64,000 bases of DNA. It comes from Candidatus Omnitrophota bacterium. Its GTDB lineage: Bacteria; Omnitrophota; Gorgyraeia; Zapsychrales; Zapsychraceae. Shown here piece by piece: positions 47,907 to 55,598 of this stretch (the stretch's first letter is position 1; each line of letters begins with the position of its first letter). Below the pieces are notes generated by a model that saw only the letters and a program-made list of their open reading frames with translations, did not search any database and was not told the origin of the DNA. Made by a program: the position numbers and the translations under genes. The stretch lies in assembly GCA_015233405.1 (NCBI GenBank), contig JADFXT010000001.1, positions 105,386-169,385 on the forward strand. The letters run 5' to 3'.

Positions 47907-50900
47907 ATGAAATATTTCCATAAAATCATTAGCAGTGTCATATTAGTTGCCTTTTTTTTCACCTCGATTTTACCGCCGGCGCGCGCACAAGAAATGCCCT
48001 GGATGCCCGTGCCCGGAATGGCAGTGGCCTTAACTCCCACATTTACTCCTGCCTATCTTAAAGGGATGGTGATTCATCCCAACGACCCGTTTAAGTTTGA
48101 TTTCATCATATATCGTGGAGATAAAAATCTTGGCAAGGATGATAAGCAAGATGAATATTCGAAGCTGATTAAGTATTTTTTAGCGGCCTTGGCTGTTCCT
48201 GATACTGACCAGTGGGTGAACCTCTCGCCGTATGAGAAAAATAGAATCATTCCTGACAGTTTCGGATTAACAGAAATGGGCCGGGATCTTTTAGCCCAGG
48301 ACTATCTGTTAAAGCAAATTACAGCATCGTTAATGAGTCCAAATACGGAATTGGGGAAAAAGTTCTGGGCCTCCGTCTATGAGAAAGCGTATGAGAAGTT
48401 CGGGAAGATGGATATCCCGATGGATATTTTCAATAAGGTTTGGATCGTTCCGGACAAAGCGGTGATTTATGAGAAGGACAATACGGTTTATGTGCTGGAA
48501 AGTCATTTAAAGGTGATGACGGAGGAAGATTACGAAGCGCTCAAAATGAGCGCGGAGTCCCGAGCTACTGCGAGGGATTTAGCGGCACAAAAGACTGTAG
48601 GGGCGGGGTTTCCCCGCCCTGATGATAAAGGGCGCGGGGACCGCGCCCCTACACAGATCATCAAAGAAATCATCATTCCTGCCCTTGAAAAAGAAGTCAA
48701 CACGGGAAAAAATTTCGCACCGTTACGCCAAGTCTATAGCGGGATGCTTTTAGCGACGTGGTACAAGCGAAGCTTAAAGGAATCTATCTTGGGAAAAATT
48801 TATGCGGATAAAGTGAAGGTGAAGGGTGTTGACCAGGACCCGAAGACGAACCAACAGATTTATGAGCAGTATGTGGCGGCGTATAAGAAGGGCGTGTTTA
48901 ACATGATCAAAGAGGATTATGATGCGTTGTCGAAGCAGATCATTCCGCATAAATATTTTTCAGGTGGGACGGAAGGGTATGTGAATGTAAAATTTGACCA
49001 TGCGATGATAAGCCGTGATCAAATCCAGCAAGGAAAGAAAAATAATGACATTGTTGGCGTTTCTTTGGTGAAGATTGAAGAATTCCTTAAGAAATCTCCT
49101 CTTGCTTCTGTGACGAATCGTTCATTAAAAATTGCACAGCAAAGAATGCAGCAGATTAAGCAAAGAATGTGGGTGAGCAAACTTTTTAGCTCTCAGCTAC
49201 ATACCCTGCAAAAAAGAACGTCGCGTTCAATACTTTGGGATTCTATTTTAAAAAGGGCGGTTATAAGAGTAGCGGATTCTTCTAGAACTAAGGCCGAAGC
49301 CTTTGCCGCGATTGATATGATTTTGGGGCTTATTGACTCTAAGCATGCTTGGAATAGCGAGTTAATAAAGTTTTTTAATGAAATAACCGGGTCCTCTCGG
49401 CAAAGCAACAATATAAGAAAGAGGACTGTTCAGGCGGAACCAGAATCAACAGCGGATTTGCAAATTGCGATTTATGATCTCTTTTTTGAGATACAAAGCA
49501 TCCTTAAAAGCGTAGAAGAGAAAAATTGGCCTTTTGTTTTTCATTACGGCGAGCAAGTCATCAAATATCTTGAACCTTCTAGTCAAGACAATCAAGCCCT
49601 TGTAAGTTTAAAACATACTTTTAATCCGCAAGCCTATACTCGTGAGTTGGGTTTAGATTCCAATGAATTAAATGAATTTATAAACAATGGGAAGATTGTC
49701 GATTTAATTCAGGCGGTGAAAGAGATTTCGAGGGCTTGGAGTCAAGCTGATGATGAGCGAAATCAGGTTCTCTATAAATATTTGCCTCGGGTGATTCGTG
49801 TTGAAAGCATTCTTAATACGATTGTAGAGGCTTTTCAGGGCAAGAGAGATATGAGAGTGGATTTTGAAGTTTATAGAGAGGGACGGGCTTTAAGTACAGT
49901 GAGTCTTTTGGATATTGAAGACGCTGTGAATCGGTCGCAGAATCTTGTCAAGGGTGATCGTGCGATGGTGACACAAAAATCAATGGAAGAAAATAAGACG
50001 CGTTTGTTGTCTTATCAGGTGGAGCAATTGATTGTCAAAAAGGAAACCACCGACGTCGTATTGACTAATAGCGGATATTATAAGATGGAAATTGCTTTAA
50101 GGTCGAAATTAGACGGCAAAGTGGTCAAATTTGATGAGGAAAATTTTAAGGAAGATTTTGATCTTAAGATCTTAAAACAGACCACTGACTTTGGAGCCTG
50201 GGCAGGCCCGGAAACAGCCGGGAATAATCCTCGTCGGCTTATTTTGGCTATGACCATTGATTCTAAGAATGTTGGCCATGATCTGAAGAAGGCGAGAAGC
50301 ATTTTGGAAATCGTCGCCAAAAATATGAAAAAGTATCTTTATGTTACCGACCAAGCGATGACAACGGCGGATGCCAAGAAAAATATAGGGAATACTATCC
50401 AGAAATTCATTGATTTAGTACATCCAGGGACTTTTTATAATGATAGAGAAGATTTGCGTCCGCATCGGCAGCTGGAAAGTATGCTGACTGCGTTAAAGAT
50501 TCCGGTTCAGGCCGCCCAAACAAAAGCAGACTGGGGTGCTATTGTAAAGACTTTGGAAAGCGATTGGGACACGACCTTTAATTTGATAGACAATCTTTCT
50601 CATGAAAGCTTAAAAGGTCCGGAGCAGTTTGATTATTTCCGAAAAAAGGCGTTAAAGGTCGAGTTAAAGAAGATGTTTCGCAATCTTAATACTTTGATTC
50701 GACAATCCGCTAACCAGGCGATGAGCGTGGATTTGAACTATGCGTTAGATGCGGAAGAACGGCCAGCGTTTGAATCTTGGACCAAAGATTATCAAGAAGG
50801 CCGAATGACCCAGCCCAATTTTATAAAATTGTTGGAGGGGCTTAAATTAACAAAGGAAGAAATTAAATCCATCGTGGCCGACTTGGATAAAGCAAAAGCT

Positions 50901-53900
50901 GGTGACCATGCGATGACGGTGGAGAAGATACAAGCTGCCATTCCTGTTGCCGTGAGAACGCATACAGGGAAGTTCAGCTTCATTTATCAATCTGAATATT
51001 ACGGTAATCTCGAGTTATTAGCCGATAAAATGCTCGAGAATGCCAAACAACACAATCTCATGGCCATATCCACTTTTAATGGCTACATTATTTATGCCGA
51101 TGCAAACTCAACAAAGGGAGACATTGTAAATCAGTATAAAGAACAGATTCTCGCTGGCGGTCTTCTGACTTCTCGGACGGCCCCAGGCTTTTATACGGAT
51201 TCCGAACATCAAGGAATAACAACAGACTCGAATTTGAGAAGATTGTCTCTGGCTAATCGGGATGTTCCTTATCTGGGCGTGGTTGATAGCAAGCCGTCGG
51301 TGTATCTCGATGGCAAAAAAATAGATTATACCGGCAAGATGGCGGTGGTGGAAGATATTGAGATGGAAAAGGCCCGAAATGTTGAATTGTATGGACTAAA
51401 TATGTCCGTCGATTCCTGGATTTTTGCGGTTAATTCAATATGGAAAAAAATCTCAGAGAGTAATTTTAAGTTCTGGCCCATAGACCTTTATTATCAGCAT
51501 GGTGGAGTAGGGTCATATGGTGTCGGGCCAGTGGCGTATTTGATGGTTAAAGCCGTCAAAGGATTTAGAATCAAGGTGGCCAGATATAAAAGCGACGATC
51601 TGGTCTTCTTAGACGCTGATGCCGTGGAATTGCGGCGTTCTTTAGGGACCGTATTTGCATCTGAGAAGGTGAAGAAGGATAAGAAGGCTGAACTTTTGAA
51701 GTGGTTAGTTCAGACCAGTGAAGAGTTAGTCAAACGGAATTCTTTTTTTGAAAACAAACTTCAGCCGCTTGCTAAGGACCAGGCGATGATTACGAAAGAT
51801 AAGGGAAAGAATAATTTGACTGAATTAAAGCGACAATTGTTTGAAACACAAGTATCGTTCGGGAAGTTGGCGATAAAATTCCAGGACCAGTTGACAAATC
51901 AACAAGGAAATTATGAATGGCCGATTTTGAATCGCGCAGAAAATGCCATAAAAGAAGATATGAATAAAACCCGGGATAGAATCGAAAGCCTTCAGAAAGA
52001 GATACGTCGAGCAAGAAGAGCCGATCACCCCATAGCGACAAAAAGTAATGAGAAGAATCAAACCAAATTGACAGAATTACAACAATTGACTAAGGCACAA
52101 ATTTTGTTCGGGAAGTTGACGATGAGATTGCAGGACCAGTTGACAATTCAGCAAGGAAATTATGAATGGCCGATTTTGAATCGCGTAGAAAAAGCCATAA
52201 GGGAAAAAATGCGGCAAACCCGTAGGACAATCGATGCCCTTCAAAAGAGGATACCTAAGGAACAGCAAACCGACAGTGCTATGGCGACGAAAGGCAAGGA
52301 GAAAAATCAAGATAGCTTGACGGAATTACAACAACAATTAACTGAGGAACAAATTTCGTTCGGGAAGTTGGCGATAAAATTGCAGGACCAGTTGACATAT
52401 CAAAAATCAAATTATGAATGGCCGATTTCGGATCGTGTAGAAAAAGCCATAAAGGAAGATATGAATAAAACGCGAGATAGAATTGAAAGTATTCAGAAAG
52501 AGATACGTCGAGTGAGAAGAACCGAGCGCCCCATGGCGACAAAAAGTAATGAGAAGAATCAAACCAAATTGACAGAATTACAACAATTGATTAAGGCACA
52601 AATTTTGTTCGGGAAGTTGACGATGAGATTGCAGGACCAGTTGACATATCAAAAATCAAATTATGAATGGCCGATTTCGGATCGCGTAGAAAAAGCCATA
52701 AGGGAAAAGATGAATATAGCCCGAGATAGAATCGAAAGCCTTCAGAAAAAGATACGTCAAGCGAGAAGCACCGACCGGGCGATGACCTCGGAGACTTTAT
52801 TGCCGCTTCAAGAAATAGAACAGATAGAATCGGATGCGACGAGGCAGTTCCCCAAGAAAGCGGTTGTTGTGGACATTCCTGAAGAGCCGGGTATTCACGC
52901 GAGGCTGGCTGCCCAAATTGTGGATGTCGCCAACCGGGTCCTCGAGAAGCTAAAAATCGAGTTGCTTATAAATCCATTTAATAAACATCGTGGATTTCTT
53001 GTGTCAGCAAGAAGCATATTGAATATTGAGCTTTCTGAGATCGAAAACGGTCAGACTGTTGAACTTTACGCGAAGGACAACGGAAATAATAAAAAAGAGA
53101 CTATTGATGCGGTCTTCAATATACTGGAACGGCTGTTGCATGACGTTCGAATTATTCATACAAATATTCATGAATACGTCAACGAGGTCGACAAATTAGC
53201 GGAGAATATCGACCAGGCGATGACGGCGAAAAACATAATAAGTACTCTGCCTGCGGCCGTGAAAAATCATAAAGGGGCTGTTGTCATATTAAGGAAAGAA
53301 TACGGGGCCGCCGATATGAGGGGAGAAGTCGCAAATATGTTTTTAGAGCGCGACCAATGGCCCAAGGCGGACAATGTGATCGTTTTGACATCCTTTAACG
53401 GAGTTCTTCTTTATGTTTCAAAGGACACAAAAGACATCGATTCCGTCTTAACAACGCAATGGAGTAGCGCGTTGGAGAAAATGAAAAAAAATCCGATAAG
53501 TTTTAGCGTCCTTGCACAAGATCCTACGGAATCAAAGAGTACTTACAAAAAACATCTGGTCGACCGATCAGAAGAGTTTGGAGGTTCGCCGGTTGTGGTC
53601 GGCGCTATTGACCAGAAACTCGTCGTTATGACCAAGGAAACCATTGCGGCGATGAAAGCTGAAGCGAATATTCAAAACATCAGAGCGCTCATTCCACAGG
53701 CGGTGAGAAATCATCAAGACCATATTATGATCGTAAGTGATACCACTGTGAATCTTGATAATCTTTTGAGGAACATGATGAGAGAACAAAAGAATTCGCC
53801 GGATGAAAATGTCCTTGTGCTGGCATCTTTTAACGGGAGTCTTCTTTATGCCACAAAGGGTATGAAAGAATCTGAACTTATGAATCAGGTCCGAGAATGG

Positions 53901-55226
53901 TGGTCTCGGAACGGACATTTTGTCACTCTGGGACAACTTCCAGGTCAACCAGACAGGGAATATTTGGACGCCTTGATCCGTGAGTCTAAGAAATATGAGA
54001 GGTCTCCGGTGGCGGGTTCAATTAATAAACAATTAAGGATTTTTGTCAACGGAACGGAAATGGACCAGGCCATGACGGCGGCGGACGACGATTTTGACAG
54101 CTTTTTGCGCGCCAACAGAATGAGAATGGAGACAAACGAAACACGGGAAATCACAGTGAACAATGTTCTAGGAATACACATGAAACCCTCGAGAGCGATT
54201 TATCGAGCGGCAGAAGCGTTCGCTAAACAAGGTGTTTTTGTTACGATTGAAACTGAAGATGATATTGTCAGAATTTATGATGAGTCCGAGCCAAGTCTCA
54301 TCATGAGCATTCAAAGTTTAGGCATACAAGACGAGCAGCCAATAAAGGTAACAATCGATAGCCAAAAGAAATTGTCACCGGAAACGATCAATTTTGTCTT
54401 TGATAAATTAACGTACTTGTTGCAAACCAAAGCATTGCTTGAAAATCCAGAATGGGATACAAACAATGCCACAAAGATTTATTTAGAAGAGATCGCGCAG
54501 TTTTTTAAATCACAAGACAAGGCGATGACGAGCAAAGAAGCAGAGGCTATCGTTGAACAATTAGTGAAGCTTGGGCAAGACCAAGCTCGTGATAGAAATG
54601 CCAGGATGGATGAGGCCCTCAAGATCATAGCAAGACAAGAAAAAATCGATCATTTTAAAGTTGTTGAAATGTATCATTTGCTCTACCCGCATGGGGCTTC
54701 GGGGTTAGATTTTGCTCTTAGCAGGTTTTTAGATGACTGGGAAGACCCTGCAGAGAAAAGGGAAAGGAACAAGCCGGCCACTCTTACAGATAAGCGCGCA
54801 GAAGAGATTGTTGAAGGGCTGGTTAAATTAGCTCATGGAAACGCTTTGGATAGATCTGAGAGAGAGAAGGGTATATTTAAATTGCTAGGGCCTCTTGTTC
54901 CGAAAGATTTTCCTAAATTGTATGAGACTTTTATATCTAGATATCCAAAGGGTGCCGGTGGAGATTTTGATATCGGCAGGTATATATTGGATCAAGCCAT
55001 GTCGACCCGAACAATAAATCCCAAGATCTCCGACGTCGGACTGACTCCTGATACCAAAGGTGGTATTGATTTCAATTCCTCCAATCTTGACATGCAGATC
55101 AAGCGCGATGGAAAGGGCGTTGTGCTTCCGGTCAGCCAGCAGAATTTGGAATCGATTCATATTAACGGTCTCATGCCGGTGATTCTGGATATTAAGCCTG
55201 GCGTGTCATTACCGATATTTCAATAA
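47907..55226 (+). CDS. giant (2439 aa) signal-peptide-bearing modular protein with HPr-like domains and recurrent D-x-A-M-T/S punctuation
   Basis: Uninterrupted ORF. ATG 47907 follows GGGGGAGAGG. The N-terminus MKYFHKIISSVILVAFFFTSILPPARA-QE looks like a Sec signal. Internal repeats and domains are described under findings. Confidence 0.9.
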   Translation: MKYFHKIISSVILVAFFFTSILPPARAQEMPWMPVPGMAVALTPTFTPAYLKGMVIHPNDPFKFDFIIYRGDKNLGKDDKQDEYSKLIKYFLAALAVPDTDQWVNLSPYEKNRIIPDSFGLTEMGRDLLAQDYLLKQITASLMSPNTELGKKFWASVYEKAYEKFGKMDIPMDIFNKVWIVPDKAVIYEKDNTVYVLESHLKVMTEEDYEALKMSAESRATARDLAAQKTVGAGFPRPDDKGRGDRAPTQIIKEIIIPALEKEVNTGKNFAPLRQVYSGMLLATWYKRSLKESILGKIYADKVKVKGVDQDPKTNQQIYEQYVAAYKKGVFNMIKEDYDALSKQIIPHKYFSGGTEGYVNVKFDHAMISRDQIQQGKKNNDIVGVSLVKIEEFLKKSPLASVTNRSLKIAQQRMQQIKQRMWVSKLFSSQLHTLQKRTSRSILWDSILKRAVIRVADSSRTKAEAFAAIDMILGLIDSKHAWNSELIKFFNEITGSSRQSNNIRKRTVQAEPESTADLQIAIYDLFFEIQSILKSVEEKNWPFVFHYGEQVIKYLEPSSQDNQALVSLKHTFNPQAYTRELGLDSNELNEFINNGKIVDLIQAVKEISRAWSQADDERNQVLYKYLPRVIRVESILNTIVEAFQGKRDMRVDFEVYREGRALSTVSLLDIEDAVNRSQNLVKGDRAMVTQKSMEENKTRLLSYQVEQLIVKKETTDVVLTNSGYYKMEIALRSKLDGKVVKFDEENFKEDFDLKILKQTTDFGAWAGPETAGNNPRRLILAMTIDSKNVGHDLKKARSILEIVAKNMKKYLYVTDQAMTTADAKKNIGNTIQKFIDLVHPGTFYNDREDLRPHRQLESMLTALKIPVQAAQTKADWGAIVKTLESDWDTTFNLIDNLSHESLKGPEQFDYFRKKALKVELKKMFRNLNTLIRQSANQAMSVDLNYALDAEERPAFESWTKDYQEGRMTQPNFIKLLEGLKLTKEEIKSIVADLDKAKAGDHAMTVEKIQAAIPVAVRTHTGKFSFIYQSEYYGNLELLADKMLENAKQHNLMAISTFNGYIIYADANSTKGDIVNQYKEQILAGGLLTSRTAPGFYTDSEHQGITTDSNLRRLSLANRDVPYLGVVDSKPSVYLDGKKIDYTGKMAVVEDIEMEKARNVELYGLNMSVDSWIFAVNSIWKKISESNFKFWPIDLYYQHGGVGSYGVGPVAYLMVKAVKGFRIKVARYKSDDLVFLDADAVELRRSLGTVFASEKVKKDKKAELLKWLVQTSEELVKRNSFFENKLQPLAKDQAMITKDKGKNNLTELKRQLFETQVSFGKLAIKFQDQLTNQQGNYEWPILNRAENAIKEDMNKTRDRIESLQKEIRRARRADHPIATKSNEKNQTKLTELQQLTKAQILFGKLTMRLQDQLTIQQGNYEWPILNRVEKAIREKMRQTRRTIDALQKRIPKEQQTDSAMATKGKEKNQDSLTELQQQLTEEQISFGKLAIKLQDQLTYQKSNYEWPISDRVEKAIKEDMNKTRDRIESIQKEIRRVRRTERPMATKSNEKNQTKLTELQQLIKAQILFGKLTMRLQDQLTYQKSNYEWPISDRVEKAIREKMNIARDRIESLQKKIRQARSTDRAMTSETLLPLQEIEQIESDATRQFPKKAVVVDIPEEPGIHARLAAQIVDVANRVLEKLKIELLINPFNKHRGFLVSARSILNIELSEIENGQTVELYAKDNGNNKKETIDAVFNILERLLHDVRIIHTNIHEYVNEVDKLAENIDQAMTAKNIISTLPAAVKNHKGAVVILRKEYGAADMRGEVANMFLERDQWPKADNVIVLTSFNGVLLYVSKDTKDIDSVLTTQWSSALEKMKKNPISFSVLAQDPTESKSTYKKHLVDRSEEFGGSPVVVGAIDQKLVVMTKETIAAMKAEANIQNIRALIPQAVRNHQDHIMIVSDTTVNLDNLLRNMMREQKNSPDENVLVLASFNGSLLYATKGMKESELMNQVREWWSRNGHFVTLGQLPGQPDREYLDALIRESKKYERSPVAGSINKQLRIFVNGTEMDQAMTAADDDFDSFLRANRMRMETNETREITVNNVLGIHMKPSRAIYRAAEAFAKQGVFVTIETEDDIVRIYDESEPSLIMSIQSLGIQDEQPIKVTIDSQKKLSPETINFVFDKLTYLLQTKALLENPEWDTNNATKIYLEEIAQFFKSQDKAMTSKEAEAIVEQLVKLGQDQARDRNARMDEALKIIARQEKIDHFKVVEMYHLLYPHGASGLDFALSRFLDDWEDPAEKRERNKPATLTDKRAEEIVEGLVKLAHGNALDRSEREKGIFKLLGPLVPKDFPKLYETFISRYPKGAGGDFDIGRYILDQAMSTRTINPKISDVGLTPDTKGGIDFNSSNLDMQIKRDGKGVVLPVSQQNLESIHINGLMPVILDIKPGVSLPIFQ
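48597..48652. repeat. GC-rich double-hairpin palindromic element embedded in frame in the giant ORF
   Basis: GTAGGGGCGGGGTTTCCCCGCCC...GGGCGCGGGGACCGCGCCCCTAC forms two 8-bp hairpins bracketed by GTAG/CTAC. It has the same GTAGGGGCG...CGCCCCTAC ends as the palindrome at 60807-60834. Confidence 0.6.
51777..52772 (+). repeat. four tandem ~249-nt (about 83-codon) coding repeats inside the giant ORF
   Basis: Units start at 51777, 52023, 52272 and 52524. Long near-identical nucleotide stretches link units 2 and 4, and units 1 and 3. Confidence 0.9.
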
Positions 55227-55247
55227 TCTTCCTGTTGTCTTTGCGAG

Positions 55248-55280
55248 GAGGGCTTTAGCCCGACGCGGCAATTTTTTTTA
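55248..55280 (+). terminator. hairpin plus T8 tract downstream of the giant ORF (weak terminator candidate)
   Basis: GGGCT-TT-AGCCC (55250-55261) followed 10 nt later by TTTTTTTT (55272-55279). The whole unit is nested in an 11-bp inverted repeat, GTCTTTGCGAG 55237-55247 with CTCGCAAAGAC 55307-55317. Confidence 0.3.
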
Positions 55281-55323
55281 AAATTAATTTAAAAAGGATT
55301 GCTTCGCTCGCAAAGACGCAATG

Positions 55324-55346
55324 GCGCTTCGCGAAGCGCTCCTACG
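55324..55346. repeat. GC-rich palindrome, degenerate member of the TTCGCGAA-core family
   Basis: GCGCTTCGCGAAGCGC is a perfect 16-nt palindrome (55324-55339) followed by TCCTACG. Compare GGCGGTTCGCGAACCGCCCCTACG at 60810-60835. Confidence 0.4.
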
Positions 55347-55501
55347 TAATCAACAAAACGGAATTGGGCGTTTCCTCAATTGATGGTGCGCACCCTGAAT
55401 TCGGTGCAGCCTACCAAAATATCTATTGATTTCAATCCTGACCGAGGACGGAATGTCCGAGGGAATGGTTGAGCCTCTAGCGAAACCAAAAATAAAAATT
55501 C

Positions 55502-55529
55502 TTGACAAAATTTTTCTTTTTGCTAAATT
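55502..55529 (+). promoter_or_regulatory. sigma-70-like promoter of groESL
   Basis: TTGACA (55502-55507), a 16-nt spacer, and TAAATT (55524-55529) overlapping the CIRCE left arm. Confidence 0.6.
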
Positions 55530-55554
55530 AGCACTCTTGGAAACAGTGTGCTAA
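55528..55554 (+). promoter_or_regulatory. CIRCE operator (HrcA binding site)
   Basis: TTAGCACTC-N9-GTGTGCTAA differs from consensus TTAGCACTC-N9-GAGTGCTAA at one position. It lies directly upstream of groES. Confidence 0.85.
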
Positions 55555-55598
55555 CCAGAAATTTTCAGTTCAATTTTAAAATACAAGGAGGTGTGGAA

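Noticed and set aside
51777-52772. Possible CRISPR-like array because of regularly spaced direct repeats
   Set aside because: The repeats are about 249 nt, contiguous, in frame and coding, with no short repeat/spacer alternation. This is a protein tandem repeat. I saw no CRISPR array anywhere in the window.
55548-55598. Upstream extension of groES to ATG 55548
   Set aside because: It would start inside the CIRCE operator. GTG 55599 sits at ideal distance from AAGGAGG and gives the canonical GroES N-terminus.
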